DNA of 64,000 nt, from assembly GCA_965247215.1 (NCBI GenBank), contig OZ252001.1, positions 1,221,980 to 1,285,979 on the forward strand. Direction: 5' to 3'. Position 1 is the first letter of the stretch. Every line of letters begins with the position of its first letter. The translations under genes were made by a program, and so were the position numbers. Source of the stretch: Flavobacteriaceae bacterium (GTDB taxonomy: Bacteria; Bacteroidota; Bacteroidia; Flavobacteriales; Flavobacteriaceae). The notes under the pieces were generated by a model. It saw only the letters and a program-made list of their open reading frames with translations. It ran no database searches and was not told where the DNA came from. Of the stretch, positions 8,532-17,463 are shown in pieces.

Positions 8532-10967
8532 TTATTTCTTCCAATCATATTTAGTGTAATCACACCCGCATCTTATTTTCTTTGCAACAGTATCATAATT
8601 CCTTAGCGATACCATTGGTCTCTTACAATCCGATTGCTCACAAATAAATATCTTTTCCAATTCAAGTATATCAGCCCAGAAAGCTTTTAAATCACCAATT
8701 TTAGGATTGAAAGGATTATCGTGTGATGAAATATTCCCGAGTATTGATGAACTTTCTATTCGGTCAATAACTGGGAATTTTGCTTTTAATTCTGGACTAC
8801 ACTTTTTGATTTCCGATTTAATTCCCATAATCAATTCATAAGGCATTCTATGCTCATTTGAATGATTGTATTGGAAACTTAGTTTCGCTTCAATATTTAA
8901 GGCAACCTCTTTTAATGAATGTTCAAGATATCTACGAATAGGGTTCCCTAAACCGTCTATTTTACTATTGGCAAGGTTTGTCTCTATTCTTTCTCGTAAG
9001 TCGCTTGGTTCTTCTTCAAGATGTGTTCCATTAGCTTCTGTCCATTTAATCTCGTTTATTAGCCAGCCTTTCTTTTTTGCTAAAGGACTAACAAAATTTG
9101 TAAACCAATCCTCTTCGTGAGTAAGTAATATGATTTGATGTTTTGAGAATTTTTCAAAAATCAATTCTGCAAATCTTTTTCTATGGTTAGAGTCAAAACT
9201 TGAAATAACATCATCAAGAACGATAAATTCGTTCTTTTTGTTAAAGGCATTTACAGAGGCCAAGAAGAATGATAATCCAAAGCAATTTAGATGTGATTCG
9301 CTAAAATATTTTTGTGGTGGAGAAACCCAATTTCCATTGTATTTATATTCAATTGTAATACCGTTCAATTCATCTTCATCTCCGATTGTTACAATTTTGA
9401 TTTCCTGAAAAGGTTCATCAGGATTCATATATTGATAATACTCGTTTATTTTTCCAGAAAATGAAGTGATGAAATTTTCAAGACCTTCCTTTTGCTTTTT
9501 TACAAATTCATTATAAATAATTTCTAAAGTCTTACGCTGTTTTTCAAGTTTAGCTTTCTGCTTTTCAAATTGCTTTATTTTTAGAAATGCGTCTTTAGAA
9601 GCTGAGATATTGGAATATAAAACAGCTGAATTATCCTTTTTGAAAATTTCTTGGATTTGCTTTATTCTTGTTGTTATTCCATTTTGAAAATCAAAATCCT
9701 TTACAGATAATTTTATTGTTTCAGCTTTAGGTATTTTGTTTCCAGAAGTTACTCGCTCTAAACTCGATTTTTGATATTCAGCAATTTTTTCTTTTAAACC
9801 TACAAACCCTGTTTTGATAAGTTTGTTTTCATCTGCTGTAATTAGGTTTTCCGATAGAACTGTGTCAAGTCTCTTTGTTCGTTCTACAGTTATTGTGTTT
9901 ACTAACTGTTTAGCTTTGTCAAAAGAAGCTTTTTTCTTAGAAGATTCTTCAATGTCCTTTAATCTACTTGCAATTTCTGTACGGAGTTCTTCTATGTTCT
10001 TTGGTTGTAAACAAAGAGGGCAACTTTCATCTTTATGATACTTTTTTGATAGCACAGCATCTCCTGTTTTCAGTAATTCACCTAAAAAGGTTTGCATAAT
10101 GCTTTCAACGTCATTGGCAATTACTTCAAATTCATCATAGTATTTTATATATTCAGAATCAATAAAATCAATCTCAGATTTAAGTGTATTTAGAACTGTA
10201 TTTGATTTTTCTAAAAAAGCTAATTCCTTATTTAGCTTGTTATTTGTGGAGTTTTTTAAGTGTAAAAGAACTTTATCAATATCCTTTATTTCCTTAACTT
10301 CAATACCAGTTTTAAGAAGTTTAATTTTCTCATTTATCTTTTCAAACAAGTTCTCCTCTTGACTAATAGCAGCACCTAATTTTTCAATAAGCACCTGTTT
10401 TTGAGTATTTGTCTGGGCTTCAAAATTTTGATTTTTGATTTCTGTTTTTATAAAGCCGTGACTTTTTTTAAGGACTTCCTTTTTCTTTGTTACTTCTGAA
10501 AAACCTATAATATCAGAAAGATACTTTAGTTTATCTCCCATAGTATTGTCAATGAAGTTTGTAAGGTATCGATAACGCAACAAAAGGTTCTCTTCTTTTG
10601 AATCATCTAAGTATTGTTTGAAAGTTTCAGAAGTATTTGAAAAATCAGTTGTTAATTTATCTCGTTTATTGAATAGGGTTTTTGAACAATCAAGGTCAGT
10701 TTCTTTAACAAATGAAATGTTTACTTCCGAAATAGCATCAGTATCAAGAGCAGAATTTCTTAAAGCATCTTTTAAATCTATTTCGCTGTTACTTGATAGA
10801 TGTGATACTCGGTTTGTATAAAACCATTCAATAGAATCTGAAATACTACTTTTCCCAGTACCGTTATCACCATAAAGCAAAATTGATTTTCCATTTAACG
10901 GTAATTCTAAATTATCTTTTGCACCTCTAATTCCTTTGATGGTAATGTTATTAATCTTTGTTGCCAT
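8532..10967 (-). CDS. AAA_13/RloC-like ABC-type ATPase with coiled-coil CxxC hook and C-terminal putative nuclease domain
   Basis: 811 aa; Walker A GDNGTGKSS; central coiled coil with CPLCLQP; signature-like FSESHLNCFGLSFFLA; Walker B FIVLDDVISSFDSNHR; C-terminal RRYLEH and NISSHDN motifs; terminal Cys cluster C-x5-C...CGC. Confidence 0.6.
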   Translation of the reverse strand: MATKINNITIKGIRGAKDNLELPLNGKSILLYGDNGTGKSSISDSIEWFYTNRVSHLSSNSEIDLKDALRNSALDTDAISEVNISFVKETDLDCSKTLFNKRDKLTTDFSNTSETFKQYLDDSKEENLLLRYRYLTNFIDNTMGDKLKYLSDIIGFSEVTKKKEVLKKSHGFIKTEIKNQNFEAQTNTQKQVLIEKLGAAISQEENLFEKINEKIKLLKTGIEVKEIKDIDKVLLHLKNSTNNKLNKELAFLEKSNTVLNTLKSEIDFIDSEYIKYYDEFEVIANDVESIMQTFLGELLKTGDAVLSKKYHKDESCPLCLQPKNIEELRTEIASRLKDIEESSKKKASFDKAKQLVNTITVERTKRLDTVLSENLITADENKLIKTGFVGLKEKIAEYQKSSLERVTSGNKIPKAETIKLSVKDFDFQNGITTRIKQIQEIFKKDNSAVLYSNISASKDAFLKIKQFEKQKAKLEKQRKTLEIIYNEFVKKQKEGLENFITSFSGKINEYYQYMNPDEPFQEIKIVTIGDEDELNGITIEYKYNGNWVSPPQKYFSESHLNCFGLSFFLASVNAFNKKNEFIVLDDVISSFDSNHRKRFAELIFEKFSKHQIILLTHEEDWFTNFVSPLAKKKGWLINEIKWTEANGTHLEEEPSDLRERIETNLANSKIDGLGNPIRRYLEHSLKEVALNIEAKLSFQYNHSNEHRMPYELIMGIKSEIKKCSPELKAKFPVIDRIESSSILGNISSHDNPFNPKIGDLKAFWADILELEKIFICEQSDCKRPMVSLRNYDTVAKKIRCGCDYTKYDWKK

Positions 10968-11133
10968 CTCTCAGTTTTTGAAGTTCATTTTTAACATTCG
11001 TATCTGTCAATTTATCATTTTGATAAAGTTCAGATAGCATTTTTGCAATGTCTGTATCTACATTTTCAATTTCTTCAATACCGTTGAAAAAATCATCTAA
11101 TATTTCTTTTCCAGATTTCACTTTGTCTGCCAT
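10951..11133 (-). CDS. small acidic protein, unknown function
   Basis: 60 aa; overlaps the ATPase start by 17 nt and lies 6 nt downstream of the GIY-YIG gene, consistent with translational coupling. Confidence 0.35.
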   Translation of the reverse strand: MADKVKSGKEILDDFFNGIEEIENVDTDIAKMLSELYQNDKLTDTNVKNELQKLRDGNKD

Positions 11134-11139
11134 AGTGGT

Positions 11140-11595
11140 TTATTTAAAGTATTTCCAATCAATTTTAAAACTGGATGTTAGTGTCTTGTTTTCAATTTCA
11201 AAGCCAGATTTATTATTGCAAATGGGATAAACCCCATATTGTTTTACAAAATCTAAAATGAAATAACTTTCCAAATCTTCAATTCGGAATTGCCATATAT
11301 TTTTAAGCATTTCAAAATTAATGTAGGTAAATAATAAGGGTTCAACTTTTCTGTAATTGGTTAATCCTAAGTTTTTTGATTTACCATCAAAATGCCCTAA
11401 TAATCTACTACCAATACTATTCGTTTTCTTCTCGCTCATTCCGATATACAATAATTTTGATTTATCAAACGGATATTGAATATCAATAGATTGAGTAAAA
11501 ATGAAGTATAATCCTGCAATACCATTCAATGGTTTTATATTGGATGGCTCAAACGACATTGGTCTGTCGAAATATATGGTTACTTCATTTGTCAT
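11140..11595 (-). CDS. GIY-YIG domain protein (putative nuclease)
   Basis: 151 aa; GLYFIF...LLYIGMS...IGSRLLGHF...EDLESYFILDF...PICNN matches GIY / YIG / Arg / Glu / Asn core pattern. Confidence 0.55.
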   Translation of the reverse strand: MTNEVTIYFDRPMSFEPSNIKPLNGIAGLYFIFTQSIDIQYPFDKSKLLYIGMSEKKTNSIGSRLLGHFDGKSKNLGLTNYRKVEPLLFTYINFEMLKNIWQFRIEDLESYFILDFVKQYGVYPICNNKSGFEIENKTLTSSFKIDWKYFK

Positions 11596-11597
11596 TT

Positions 11598-13517
11598 TTA
11601 AAAAGCATTAAACTTATCGCCCATAGCGTGTTTTAGATTCCATTTTTTTGTGGTGTCTAAAGCACGTTCGAGTACAATTAATTTTTGGTCTATATTGGTT
11701 TTGAAATGTTCTACAGTTTCATCTGCAATAATGACGTCTAAACAGATTAAAGTTGATTTGTCTCCATCTGTAGCAAATAGAATCTCATTCTTTTTAAACT
11801 CCTCTTCCTTAGTTAACGTATAATTGAGTTTAAAACCGTTTTTGATTAATATTTCGGTAACCAATTCGTCTCGGTTAAAAGCATTTACCAATTGTGCTTC
11901 TTTGTCTTTAATGTACTTTTTAAGTAGCTCAATATTCTCTTCTTCTGTTTTTTCAGGGTCTGGAGCAAACTCTACTCTTGGGAAGTTTGATTTTTGAAGC
12001 TTGAATACTTTAAACCCTAAACCTTTTAATTGTTCTTGCTCAGTTTCCTCTTTTTTAAACAAATCAGGAGTTGCTTCTTTCTTTTCTTTAATTATTTTTT
12101 CAACTACTCTTTTGTTTCGCTCAATAGTGATGTCACTTATTTTTTTGTAACCTGCTTTGTAGGCTTCTTCATTTTCTTCAATTATTTCAGGGATTTGAAC
12201 AACTATGTATTTCCTATCTTGCTTATCTTCTTCATTAATTTCTGTAACTGCCTGAGCAGTAACTCCACTTCCTCCGAAAAAATCTAAAATAATATCATTT
12301 GATTTGGCATTTGAAATTTGAATTAATCCTCTAATTAACTCTTTTGGTTTTGGGTTACTAAATATATTTTTCTCACCAAATAAAGAAGTCATTTCGTTAT
12401 TAGCACCTTGATTATGACTAAATTGTTCGTGTGACCACCAATTTGTTGCACATTGTCCTTCTTCTTCACGTTCAAAACGAAAATATTTTTTACGAGGAAA
12501 ACCATCTCCTTTTTTAGGAAACACTATTCTATTATCTGCTAATAATTTTTTATAGGTATCTTCTTCACCCATCCATTCTCCCTCATATTCCTTTTTGTTA
12601 TTTGGATTTTTGATAATGTATTTACTTCCTGATTGGTCTGAACCTACTTTCCAAGGCTTAGATGCCCAGTCACCTCTTGAGTCTTTATCTGGATTAGAGA
12701 AGTCACCTGTTAAATCTACTTTTCCAACACCTGCTTTTTTATATTCTTCCTTGTTTTTAGAATATGACAAAATATGCTCAGCAACTATGCCTATCATTTT
12801 AGTTTTGTCATTTGGTTGGTTATGTCTTCTTCTCCAATGAATGTGGCCTTCAAAATTTTCTTCACCAAATATTTCATCGCAAATTTTTCTCAAATGATGG
12901 ACTTCTTCATCTGAAATGGAAATAAATATGACTCCTTTATCATTGAGCAATTGTCTTGCAATTAGCAATCGACTATACATCATATTTAACCAATTACTAT
13001 GATACCTACCTGAACTTTCAGAATTAGTATCAATTTTCAATCCGTTCTCAATCATTTCAGCATCTTCCCAATATGCTTTTTTATCTTGTTTCCAAGTATC
13101 ACGGTAAATAAAATCTCTGTCTTTGTTATAAGGAGGGTCAATATAAATACACTTTACTTGCTCACGGTAACTGTTGCTTAGTAATTTAAGTACAGCTAAA
13201 TTTTCACCCTCTATAATTAAGTTTTCACTTTCGCTTGGGTTTACACTTCTTTCCTCATCATAAACAAGTGTTGCATCTGTTGGTGTAAAAGCTTCACGTT
13301 TAGCATTGCTTTTTCCAAACCATCTAAATTCGTAGCGTTCGGTTTCGTTTACGCTTTTGGGGTCAACTATTTTTTTAAGTTCGTTTATGTTTAGCTCTCC
13401 ATCATTGGTAAAAAGGTCTGGCATTAATTGTTTTAATTGCTCCAATCTTTCTTTGTTCCAATCGTTGCTCAAAGGCATATGTTCGTTTATATTTTCCATT
13501 GTTCTATGCTTCTTCAA
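11598..13517 (-). CDS. mod: Type III restriction-modification Mod methyltransferase (beta-class N6A/N4C)
   Basis: 639 aa; motif IV IYIDPPYN precedes motif I LDFFGGSGVTAQAV (beta-class order); N-terminus typical of Type III Mod. Confidence 0.85.
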   Translation of the reverse strand: MKKHRTMENINEHMPLSNDWNKERLEQLKQLMPDLFTNDGELNINELKKIVDPKSVNETERYEFRWFGKSNAKREAFTPTDATLVYDEERSVNPSESENLIIEGENLAVLKLLSNSYREQVKCIYIDPPYNKDRDFIYRDTWKQDKKAYWEDAEMIENGLKIDTNSESSGRYHSNWLNMMYSRLLIARQLLNDKGVIFISISDEEVHHLRKICDEIFGEENFEGHIHWRRRHNQPNDKTKMIGIVAEHILSYSKNKEEYKKAGVGKVDLTGDFSNPDKDSRGDWASKPWKVGSDQSGSKYIIKNPNNKKEYEGEWMGEEDTYKKLLADNRIVFPKKGDGFPRKKYFRFEREEEGQCATNWWSHEQFSHNQGANNEMTSLFGEKNIFSNPKPKELIRGLIQISNAKSNDIILDFFGGSGVTAQAVTEINEEDKQDRKYIVVQIPEIIEENEEAYKAGYKKISDITIERNKRVVEKIIKEKKEATPDLFKKEETEQEQLKGLGFKVFKLQKSNFPRVEFAPDPEKTEEENIELLKKYIKDKEAQLVNAFNRDELVTEILIKNGFKLNYTLTKEEEFKKNEILFATDGDKSTLICLDVIIADETVEHFKTNIDQKLIVLERALDTTKKWNLKHAMGDKFNAF

Positions 13518-16074
13518 TTAATGTATTAATAGTAGTATTGGCTTCTGTTTTAAAATATTGGTAATCTTTTACAGGAGCTTTGTATTGTACATCTACGCCT
13601 AAAGTGGCAAAATGCTTAATGGCACATTTTATTTTGTACACTTCACTTTCTTTTAGTGCTTTCTTATTATTAATGTCGTTTGTTCCCTTGGTTTCTATTA
13701 CAAAGTAGAATTCACTTTCTTTTCCATCTCTCAAACTTTTCCGTTTCATTACTACACCAAAATCTGGATTGTAATCGCCAATTGGCGTTTTTATTTTGTA
13801 GTAAGATGGAAGCTTTAAAAAACAAATAACTTCATCATCATTATCTGTAGCCAAAGCAAATTGATGCTCTACATTGCTATCGTGAATTATTTTGTCGTAC
13901 ACCCCTCTTTTTGGAGTGTCAGTATAATTACTGTACTCAATTTGTTTTTTGAAATCGTTAAATTCAAAAGGGAAAGAGGAATCTGTTACATGGTAATCCA
14001 ATCCTCTTATCATTTCTTCTAACTCAATGTTTTTAATAAGAGCGGATGCTTGATGAATAAATTGAGGCGGATTTTTAGCAAAATTCTCATAAGCAATTCC
14101 GTTAATAATAGTAAAGGTTGTGAGGTAGCTTAAACCTGTGTTCTCGCTAATTTCTTCTACTAAATCTAAAGCTGTAAAATGAGCTTTCAGTTTGTAGCTT
14201 TCTGTACCTCCAAATTCATCTTCAATACCGTCTTCTGTAATTGCTCCAATAGAACGACTGCTTACTTCTGCTTCATAATCTGCAATTTTAATTGCATTCA
14301 GTGCTTCTTTACATCTGTTAATTAAAGCTTGTTCGTCAAATGCTACAGTATAATTTGTCTTTTTAGCCAAAGCAGTCCAAAAGCGTTTAAAGGCCTTATT
14401 GATAGTATCGTTAGCATTGCGTTTAAAATGAACTTCATTTTGTTTTTCTCCTTTATGCGTATGTGTCATTCCTGCACCAGCACTTGAAGTTCCATAAACT
14501 TCCTTAATTTCTTCTTGATACTGCGTTACAAAAGTCTCGTAGCTTTCATTAGGAATTACGGTTAGTTGATTGATTCTTTCATCATCTGAAACGTTCAATT
14601 TATCATAAATACGTTGTCCGTCAGTATTTACACAAATACGCAATCCTCTTCCAATTTCTTGGCGTTTCTTAATTTCAGAAAACGAGTTGCTTAATGTTGC
14701 AATATTGAAAATATTTGGATTGTCCCAACCAACACCTAAAGCAGAGTGTGAAAAAATGAATTCTATTTTATTGGCTACAGAATCGCCATAGCTCAACAAC
14801 CCTTCTTTGTCTCTTAAAATAGCATCAAAAACAGCTGCGTTTTTTCGCATTGAACTTTCGTTATCTGTGAATTCATTTTTGCCTGTTTTAGCAAAATAAG
14901 AACCTTGAATAGTTTCAATATGTTCTGCTGTTGGTTGCTTGTTATTGTGAAATTTGGGATAGAGTTTCTTGTATTTTTTTATAAAGAGGTTTTTAATGAT
15001 AGGGTCATCACTTACATAATTGGCAACTTTATCAATGAATATTAGTGAAAGGCATTTGATGCCTTTTTCTTGTAGTTTTTGTTTTTTTGTAAAGTGTCGA
15101 ATGATGAGCCATTCAATTTGTAAGTCCCAAATACTTTGAATATTTCCAGAAGTTTGATTTTCAAAAATTTCTGTTCCGTTAGTAAATGAAACTGACCATT
15201 TTTGGGTTCTCAGGCTTTTCTTAATTCTGTCAATTTTGTATTTCAAATAGCTTGGATTATTGATAACTTCTCCAAGATTGTCACCATCCTTTAACCATTT
15301 TGTATCTTTAAATTCAATTTTCCCACTTGTCAATTGATGCCAAGCTTTAATTTTTGCTTGAATTGGATTTTTTCCGTTTTTAGTTTCTGAAAGTTCCAAT
15401 TTTAAAGTGGCTTCATCATTTTTTTCGGTAACCGTTAAAACTTCAATCTTTTTTACCAATCCTTGTTTATAACTGTCATAAGGAGTTAAACGATACATTT
15501 TGTTTTTTGCAACTTTGTGCGTCGCAGAATATCTAATCTTAAATAACGGATTTAATTTAGCTATTTGATTGATAGAGTTTGGTGTGTCCATTCCTTCTTG
15601 TGGTTCATCCATTATGATTATTGGATTGGTTCGTCCAATGGCTTCAATAAAAGGAATGTTTGCAAAAAGGTCTTCTCTTTTGGCTTGATTTAAAATTTTG
15701 TCTTCCGAGTTGAAAGAAGCCAACGTCATTACCATTATTTGAGGATGTTGTTCCTCAATAAAGTTGGTTACTTTGCTAAGCTTTTTACTATTGTATTCAA
15801 ATGATTTTGGCGTAAATCCATAGATATCTTCCAATTGTTTTTCAAAAGTAGATAGCGTACTTAAAACTCCTTGACGAATAGCAACCGAAGGAACGAGGAT
15901 GATGAATTTTGTAAATCCATACTGTTTGAATAGCTCATAAATGGATTTGACGTAAACAAGTGTTTTTCCTGTTCCTGTTTCCATTTCAATGGTTAATTCT
16001 TGTTCGTTGGTCAGTTTTGCAACTTCATCATCAACCCCGTTTTCAAGCAAAACAGATTTTAAATTCTCTTCCAA
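13504..16074 (-). CDS. res: Type III restriction enzyme Res subunit (SF2 helicase + PD-(D/E)xK nuclease)
   Basis: 856 aa; METGTGKT (motif I), IIMDEPQ (motif II), QEIGRGLR (motif VI), C-terminal NPDF...VIETKG nuclease motif; TTG start, N-terminus short. Confidence 0.85.
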   Translation of the reverse strand: MEENLKSVLLENGVDDEVAKLTNEQELTIEMETGTGKTLVYVKSIYELFKQYGFTKFIILVPSVAIRQGVLSTLSTFEKQLEDIYGFTPKSFEYNSKKLSKVTNFIEEQHPQIMVMTLASFNSEDKILNQAKREDLFANIPFIEAIGRTNPIIIMDEPQEGMDTPNSINQIAKLNPLFKIRYSATHKVAKNKMYRLTPYDSYKQGLVKKIEVLTVTEKNDEATLKLELSETKNGKNPIQAKIKAWHQLTSGKIEFKDTKWLKDGDNLGEVINNPSYLKYKIDRIKKSLRTQKWSVSFTNGTEIFENQTSGNIQSIWDLQIEWLIIRHFTKKQKLQEKGIKCLSLIFIDKVANYVSDDPIIKNLFIKKYKKLYPKFHNNKQPTAEHIETIQGSYFAKTGKNEFTDNESSMRKNAAVFDAILRDKEGLLSYGDSVANKIEFIFSHSALGVGWDNPNIFNIATLSNSFSEIKKRQEIGRGLRICVNTDGQRIYDKLNVSDDERINQLTVIPNESYETFVTQYQEEIKEVYGTSSAGAGMTHTHKGEKQNEVHFKRNANDTINKAFKRFWTALAKKTNYTVAFDEQALINRCKEALNAIKIADYEAEVSSRSIGAITEDGIEDEFGGTESYKLKAHFTALDLVEEISENTGLSYLTTFTIINGIAYENFAKNPPQFIHQASALIKNIELEEMIRGLDYHVTDSSFPFEFNDFKKQIEYSNYTDTPKRGVYDKIIHDSNVEHQFALATDNDDEVICFLKLPSYYKIKTPIGDYNPDFGVVMKRKSLRDGKESEFYFVIETKGTNDINNKKALKESEVYKIKCAIKHFATLGVDVQYKAPVKDYQYFKTEANTTINTLIEEA

Positions 16075-16183
16075 TTGTTTAGTAGAAAGCGAACATATAT
16101 TTGAACGAATACCATCCTTACAAGCATTGTCAAATGTGTTTTTGTCGTTTCCTGGTATTCTAATAATTCTAATTTTATTTCCA

Positions 16184-16501
16184 TTAATCTTGGCTGTTCT
16201 GTTTATTAATGTACTTCATTTTCTGCTCGGCAACTTTTAATGCTTTGCCACCAAGCTCTTCATCTTTTATTTCGTAAAGAATTTTTTCACTTAGATACTG
16301 AACGAGTAAATCATCCTTGTCTAAATCCAGTATTTCAGCAAGTTTTAGAATCTGTTCTTTTGTTGCTTTTCTCTCGCTTCTTTCTATTTTACTGAGTATT
16401 GCAGTGTCAATATCGAGTCCCGCAGAAACGTGTCGCAAAAGCAGTCCTTTTTCTTCTCTTTTTTCTCGAAGTATTTCGCCTGTTGTTTTGTTGTTTTTCA
16501 T
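16184..16501 (-). CDS. XRE-family HTH regulator (likely controller/C-protein of the R-M operon)
   Basis: 105 aa; HTH_3-like ILREKREEKGLLLRHVSAGLDIDTAILSKIERSER; first gene of the operon. Confidence 0.8.
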   Translation of the reverse strand: MKNNKTTGEILREKREEKGLLLRHVSAGLDIDTAILSKIERSERKATKEQILKLAEILDLDKDDLLVQYLSEKILYEIKDEELGGKALKVAEQKMKYINKQNSQD

Positions 16502-16512
16502 TTGTTAAATAT

Positions 16513-16546
16513 CACTTGATTAATTACACTTGACAATTAAAGTCAA
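16513..16546 (-). promoter_or_regulatory. putative operator (C-box-like repeats)
   Basis: Direct repeat CACTTGA at 16513-16519 and 16527-16533; palindrome TTGAC-N7-GTCAA at 16530-16546 overlapping the -7 box/TSS. Confidence 0.4.
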
Positions 16547-16575
16547 ATATAATTAGGGTTTTTGAATAATCAAAG
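16544..16575 (-). promoter_or_regulatory. promoter of the XRE-res-mod operon
   Basis: On minus strand TTTG (16574..16571), 19-nt spacer, TATATTTG (16551..16544). Confidence 0.5.
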
Positions 16576-17208
16576 GTTTTGTTTTCGGAATTTATTAACA
16601 GCATAAAAAGAAGGTGAAAAAAAATCAAAAGAAAAAGATAGCACCTTGAAATTTGTATAATCAGAAATTTTTGAAATGAATAATTTGTTTGTTACTGGGC
16701 TAGGATACAACTCAAAAAATGAAATATCAAAATCTTTTATTGGTAATAATTCATTGCCATAAATAGCTTGGTTACCTTCATTATTTGTAATCGTTAATTT
16801 TTTATTATTCCCATCATTTTCAATGAGATAACTTAAATCAAAACTTTGATTAATGTTCAAACGCCAAATACTAGTATAATACAAATCTGCAAAGGTGATA
16901 TTATCTCCATGAACACATGGAAATCCAAAAATAAACCAATCTCCTAAAGTTGTAAATAAATTTTCACTAGAAGAATATGAGCAAGATACGCTTATGGAAG
17001 TACATAAAGAAGTTGTTAAATATTCAGTAATTGCATAGAAGTTTAAAGGAATATTAACTCCCTCTCCATTAATTCCAGGAGGAAAATAATCTATATCGTC
17101 AATAATTACTTTTTGTAAATACCAATCATTTTCAAAAAGTTGAGGGTCTTGAGCAAAACTAGAAAGTGATGCAAAAAGAACTAAGAATAAGATTTTAATT
17201 GTTTTCAT
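16570..17208 (-). CDS. secreted protein with truncated T9SS C-terminal domain
   Basis: 212 aa; signal peptide MKTIKILFLVLFASLSSFAQ; C-terminus begins a T9SS CTD (LYPSPVTNKLFI) but ends ~25 aa later at the defence-operon promoter. Confidence 0.5.
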   Translation of the reverse strand: MKTIKILFLVLFASLSSFAQDPQLFENDWYLQKVIIDDIDYFPPGINGEGVNIPLNFYAITEYLTTSLCTSISVSCSYSSSENLFTTLGDWFIFGFPCVHGDNITFADLYYTSIWRLNINQSFDLSYLIENDGNNKKLTITNNEGNQAIYGNELLPIKDFDISFFELYPSPVTNKLFISKISDYTNFKVLSFSFDFFSPSFYAVNKFRKQNL

Positions 17209-17416
17209 AATTTATTGTTTTATTTCCAAATGATGGTTTTTTTCAGCTTGTAGGCAACTTGTTATATCATCAATAAAAATAATGTTTATCCACCAATATT
17301 TAGGGATAATTATATTCTTTATGTTCTATATCCGTATTAAATAATTCTATAAAAAATTAATCCTTTCAGAAACCCATAGAGTTGGAAAAATAAATAATCT
17401 TTCAGGTTAAAAAAAA

Positions 17417-17463
17417 GCAGAAAAGCACAAGCCACTTAACTTGTACCTTTCTGCTGTTTTTTT
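17417..17463. terminator. bidirectional hairpin terminator
   Basis: GCAGAAA(A)G 17417-17425 / C(C)TTTCTGC 17446-17454, A-run upstream and T-run downstream. Confidence 0.5.

Noticed and set aside
8866-12840. Several 60-85-aa plus-strand ORFs inside the ATPase and mod genes (e.g. 8866..9120, 9814..10038, 10618..10821, 12030..12287, 12595..12840)
   Set aside because: All are antisense to long genes with clear motifs. Their translations are Ser/Phe/Leu-rich mirror-frame artefacts of AT-rich coding sequence.
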